In this document: positions 61,201-64,000 of the stretch, in pieces
Layout: each line of letters starts with the position of its first letter
Position numbering within the stretch: the stretch's first letter is position 1
Assembly (NCBI GenBank): GCA_030390025.1
Contig: JASTWF010000328.1
Coordinates: 372,001-436,000, forward strand
DNA from: Squalus acanthias
Taxonomy: Eukaryota
Length of the DNA: 64,000 nucleotides
Direction of reading: 5' to 3'
The notes under the pieces: model-generated
Told to the model about the DNA's origin: nothing
What the model saw: only the letters and a program-made list of their open reading frames with translations
Database searches by the model: none
Made by a program: the position numbers and the translations under genes

Positions 61201-61290
61201 AGGATCCTGAGACACTGCTGAAACCCCATACACGACCTGGCAGATCCTGATACACTCTGAAACCCCATACCGACCTGGCAGGATCCCTGT
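58290..61290. repeat. 37/39-bp minisatellite, ~75-80 copies
   Basis: Unit CATACACACCTGGCAGGATCCTGATACACT(GT)GAAACCC with palindrome CAGGATCCTG. Confidence 0.97.
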
Positions 61291-61345
61291 TAATCCTTGG
61301 TGTAATGTGAGAAAAAGACAATGGCCCAATTATCTACATGCATGA

Positions 61346-62028
61346 GAACCCAGTACTTGCAATCTGGCAATATTTTGCTTGACAGATCGTACCCATCTGT
61401 TCGAAATGGACATTTGTTGGATAGAGGTGGGCTCGTTGCCCAGCGAATGCTCACGAAACTCTTATTACAATATTGTAATATTTTAAAATGTTAGAGAGAG
61501 CAAAACAAAGCTTGGGGCTCTCACGGGGGAAAACCAAACTTGATGTAAAGATGGGCAAACATTAAAATATTTATTTGGAAAATTTTCTTAAAACAAATAT
61601 TTCTATTAAAATGGACAAATTTCACACTGCACAAAAGTAAAATTAGTTTCCAGACCCTTAACAGTTGTTTACTAGTAATGACGCTTTAAAAACCGCAGTT
61701 TCAGCAATTCCTTTCTATCTTAGGATAGTGAGGAATTGGACAGCGTACATACTGCGGAAGAGCTGAAGTTCTCTTCAGTTTCCCTGATCTGGTATTTACA
61801 CTGATTGCCGGCTCTGTGGGGGCAGGTGGTGGGTGTGGGGGTGGGGGGGGCGGGGGGGAGGGGCACAGCGCAGCTAGTGTCGGAGCTGTCATTGACAAGA
61901 CCGCAACTTGAGGATTTTCGCATGCACCTGCTCATGTACCAAAATCCCGAAGTTGCAGTCAGCTTCAAAGGAGGAATCATGGCGAATGCTCTCAGTTCGC
62001 CGTCATTCCGACCGCAAATTCTGGGTTC
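61346..62028. mobile_element. Probable Harbinger-like MITE, older
   Basis: Imperfect TIRs GAACCCAGTACTTGC / GCAAATTCTGGGTTC; subterminal hairpin ~61899-61960; no clear TSD. Confidence 0.45.
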
Positions 62029-62049
62029 ACAATTTCTGAAACACAATAC

Positions 62050-63225
62050 AACAGGATATGATTTCAAAAGGCCTTCGATAAGGTACCCCATAATAGACTG
62101 ATGAACAAGGTCAGAGAATGCGGAGTCAGGGGACAAGTAGCAGAATGGATTGCTGGCTGGCTTCAGGACAGAAAGCAGAGAATATGAGTAAAGGGTAGCT
62201 ATTCACAGTGGCAGAAGGTGGGCAGTGGTGTTCCACAAGGATCAGTGCTAGGACCACTGCTGTTCACAATGTGCATTAACGATTTGGACTTAGGAATCAA
62301 AAACACAATTTCTAAATTGACACCAAATTGTGTGGGGAGGATAGTCAATACTGAGAAGGACTGTAACAAGTTACAGGAGTCCATTAATAAACTTGCAGAA
62401 TGGGCATATAATTGGCAGATGAAGTTCAACACAGAAAAATGTGAGGTATTACATTTTGGTAGGAAGAATAGGAGGATGCGGGTCCCAGGTGGGGTAGAGG
62501 AACAAAGGGATCTTGGAGTACAAATACACAAAGCACTAAAAGTTGCGACACAGGTTAGCAAGGCCATAAACAAGCAAACCAAGCACTAGGGTTTATTTCT
62601 GGAGGAATAGAATTGAAAAGTAGGGAAGTTATGCTAAACCTGTATCGAACCTTGGTTAGACCACACTTGGAGTACTGCGCACAGTTCTGGTCGCCATATT
62701 ATAAAAAGGATATAGAGGCACTGGAGAGGGTGCAGAGAAGATTTACAAGGATGATACCAGAAATGCGAGGGTATACATATCAGGAAAGGATGAACAGGCT
62801 GGGTCCATTTTCTCTTGAAAAAAGAAGGCTAAGGGGTGACCTAATATATGTCTTTAAAATAATAAAACATTTTGATAGAGTGGATACAGAGAGAATGTTT
62901 TCTCTTGTGTGGAAGCACATAACTAGAGCCCATCAAGAAAGACAGTCACCAAGAAATTCAACAGGGAATTCAGAAGAAACTTATTTACCCAGAGAGTGGT
63001 GAGAATGTGGAACTCGCTACCACAGGGAGTGGTTGAAACGAATAGTATAGATGTATTTAAGGGGAGGCTAGACAAGCATATGTGGGAGAAGGGAATAGAG
63101 GGTTACACTGATAGATTTAGATGAGGAAAGGCGGGAGGAGGCTCGAGTGGAGCATAAACGCCGGCATGGACTGGTTGGGCCGAATGGCCTGTTTCTGTGC
63201 CGTATATCCGATGTAATCCTATGTA
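62050..63225 (+). mobile_element. Decayed CR1 3' part
   Basis: DFKRPS (decayed DFQKAFD), [23 protein letters not shown]; 3'UTR ending ATGTAATCCTATGTAA. Confidence 0.9.
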
Positions 63226-63809
63226 ATGATTAGGGACAGCAAATGGCCATTTGTCACAAATGAGCGTTTCTTTGTTATAGAGATGAACCCAACTACCCCC
63301 CCTCTCAGTATAACCACAGAATCGCATTTACTTATCTCCATACTCCACTAACACTGCCCCTTTAGTGCCTTTCCTGATAACTGTGCACCCGCTCTATTAC
63401 CCTTTGGGTAAAACAGTTACCTTGGTTTCCCTTCCTACTTCTGACTTTCAATTTTCTCGGTTACTAATTAATTTGTAAATGTGAGCCTGTTTCCTGCACT
63501 AATGTCGTGAATTCCATTAAAACGTTTCAATACAGAAGACTCTTGACCAAACAAAGCACATCAAACACCCTCAACCTAAACTCCTAATACCTTGAATAAT
63601 CTTTCTCATTCCCCTCTGTTCCTTCAGAATGACAGTAACCTTCACCAGTGATCAGGTGACTATGGAAGTGGAGTTAATACACCAGATAACCAGAGTCCTG
63701 AAGCAACAGCAGATTGCCTCCTGTTCTTTCACAGTCTGTCTCTCGCTCAGTGCACACAATACCACAGATAACATGTACGACTCCTGATATAAGGAGAGTG
63801 GATTTCTGT

Positions 63810-64000
63810 TGAGGATCGGAGAGAATTAAAGAGGGAATTCCAGAGCTTAGGGCCGAGGAAGCTGAAAAGTGTCTGGCAATGATGGAATGGTGAAAATCTG
63901 GGACGCTGAAGGGGCCTGAATTGGAGGAGTACAGAGATCTCGGGTTGTAGGGCTGGAGGAAGCTACAGGGATTGGGAGGGTGAGGTTATGGAGGGATCGG
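63810..64000 (-). mobile_element. L2-type LINE fragment
   Basis: Reverse reads PSNPCSFLQPY..RSLYSSNSGP..FSFLGPKLWNSL, typical of an L2 C-terminus. Confidence 0.6.

Noticed and set aside
58370..61329. Long Cys-rich minus-strand ORFs (SGSCQVCMGF repeats)
   Set aside because: Artefact of the 37/39-bp minisatellite; open in all frames with no splice or start context

Overview
Repeat-dense vertebrate genomic DNA, most likely from a cartilaginous fish (shark or ray). This is judged from the CR1, L2, RTE, Penelope-like and DeuSINE-type repeats and from the exon peptides. Most long ORFs in the track are LINE ORF2 fragments or artefacts of reading tandem repeats. The host-gene content is a set of small + strand spliced exons encoding the N-terminus of a probable chondrichthyan NLR-type (NACHT-LRR) immune receptor. 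There are three copies of the ATG exon (2825, 8831, 40182), two diverged copies of the second coding exon (16906, 43912) and single copies of exons 3 and 4 (57675, 57952). The NACHT exon is not in the window. All copies keep open frames and compatible splice phases, so the upstream cassettes are either a truncated paralogue or alternative N-termini for one downstream body. Other highlights: (1) a 9 kb array of a ~70-bp satellite derived from a CR1 3'UTR, which has co-amplified four copies of a ~1 kb CR1 fragment; (2) a young CR1 insertion with a TSD confirmed by empty paralogous sites and an internal inverted ORF1 piece; (3) Penelope-type minimal hammerhead ribozyme motifs; (4) a bipartite RTE mini-element; (5) a LINE with an apparent tRNA-like head; (6) Harbinger-like MITEs; (7) about ten minisatellites, several of which arose inside transposons. 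Coordinates of decayed repeats are approximate.
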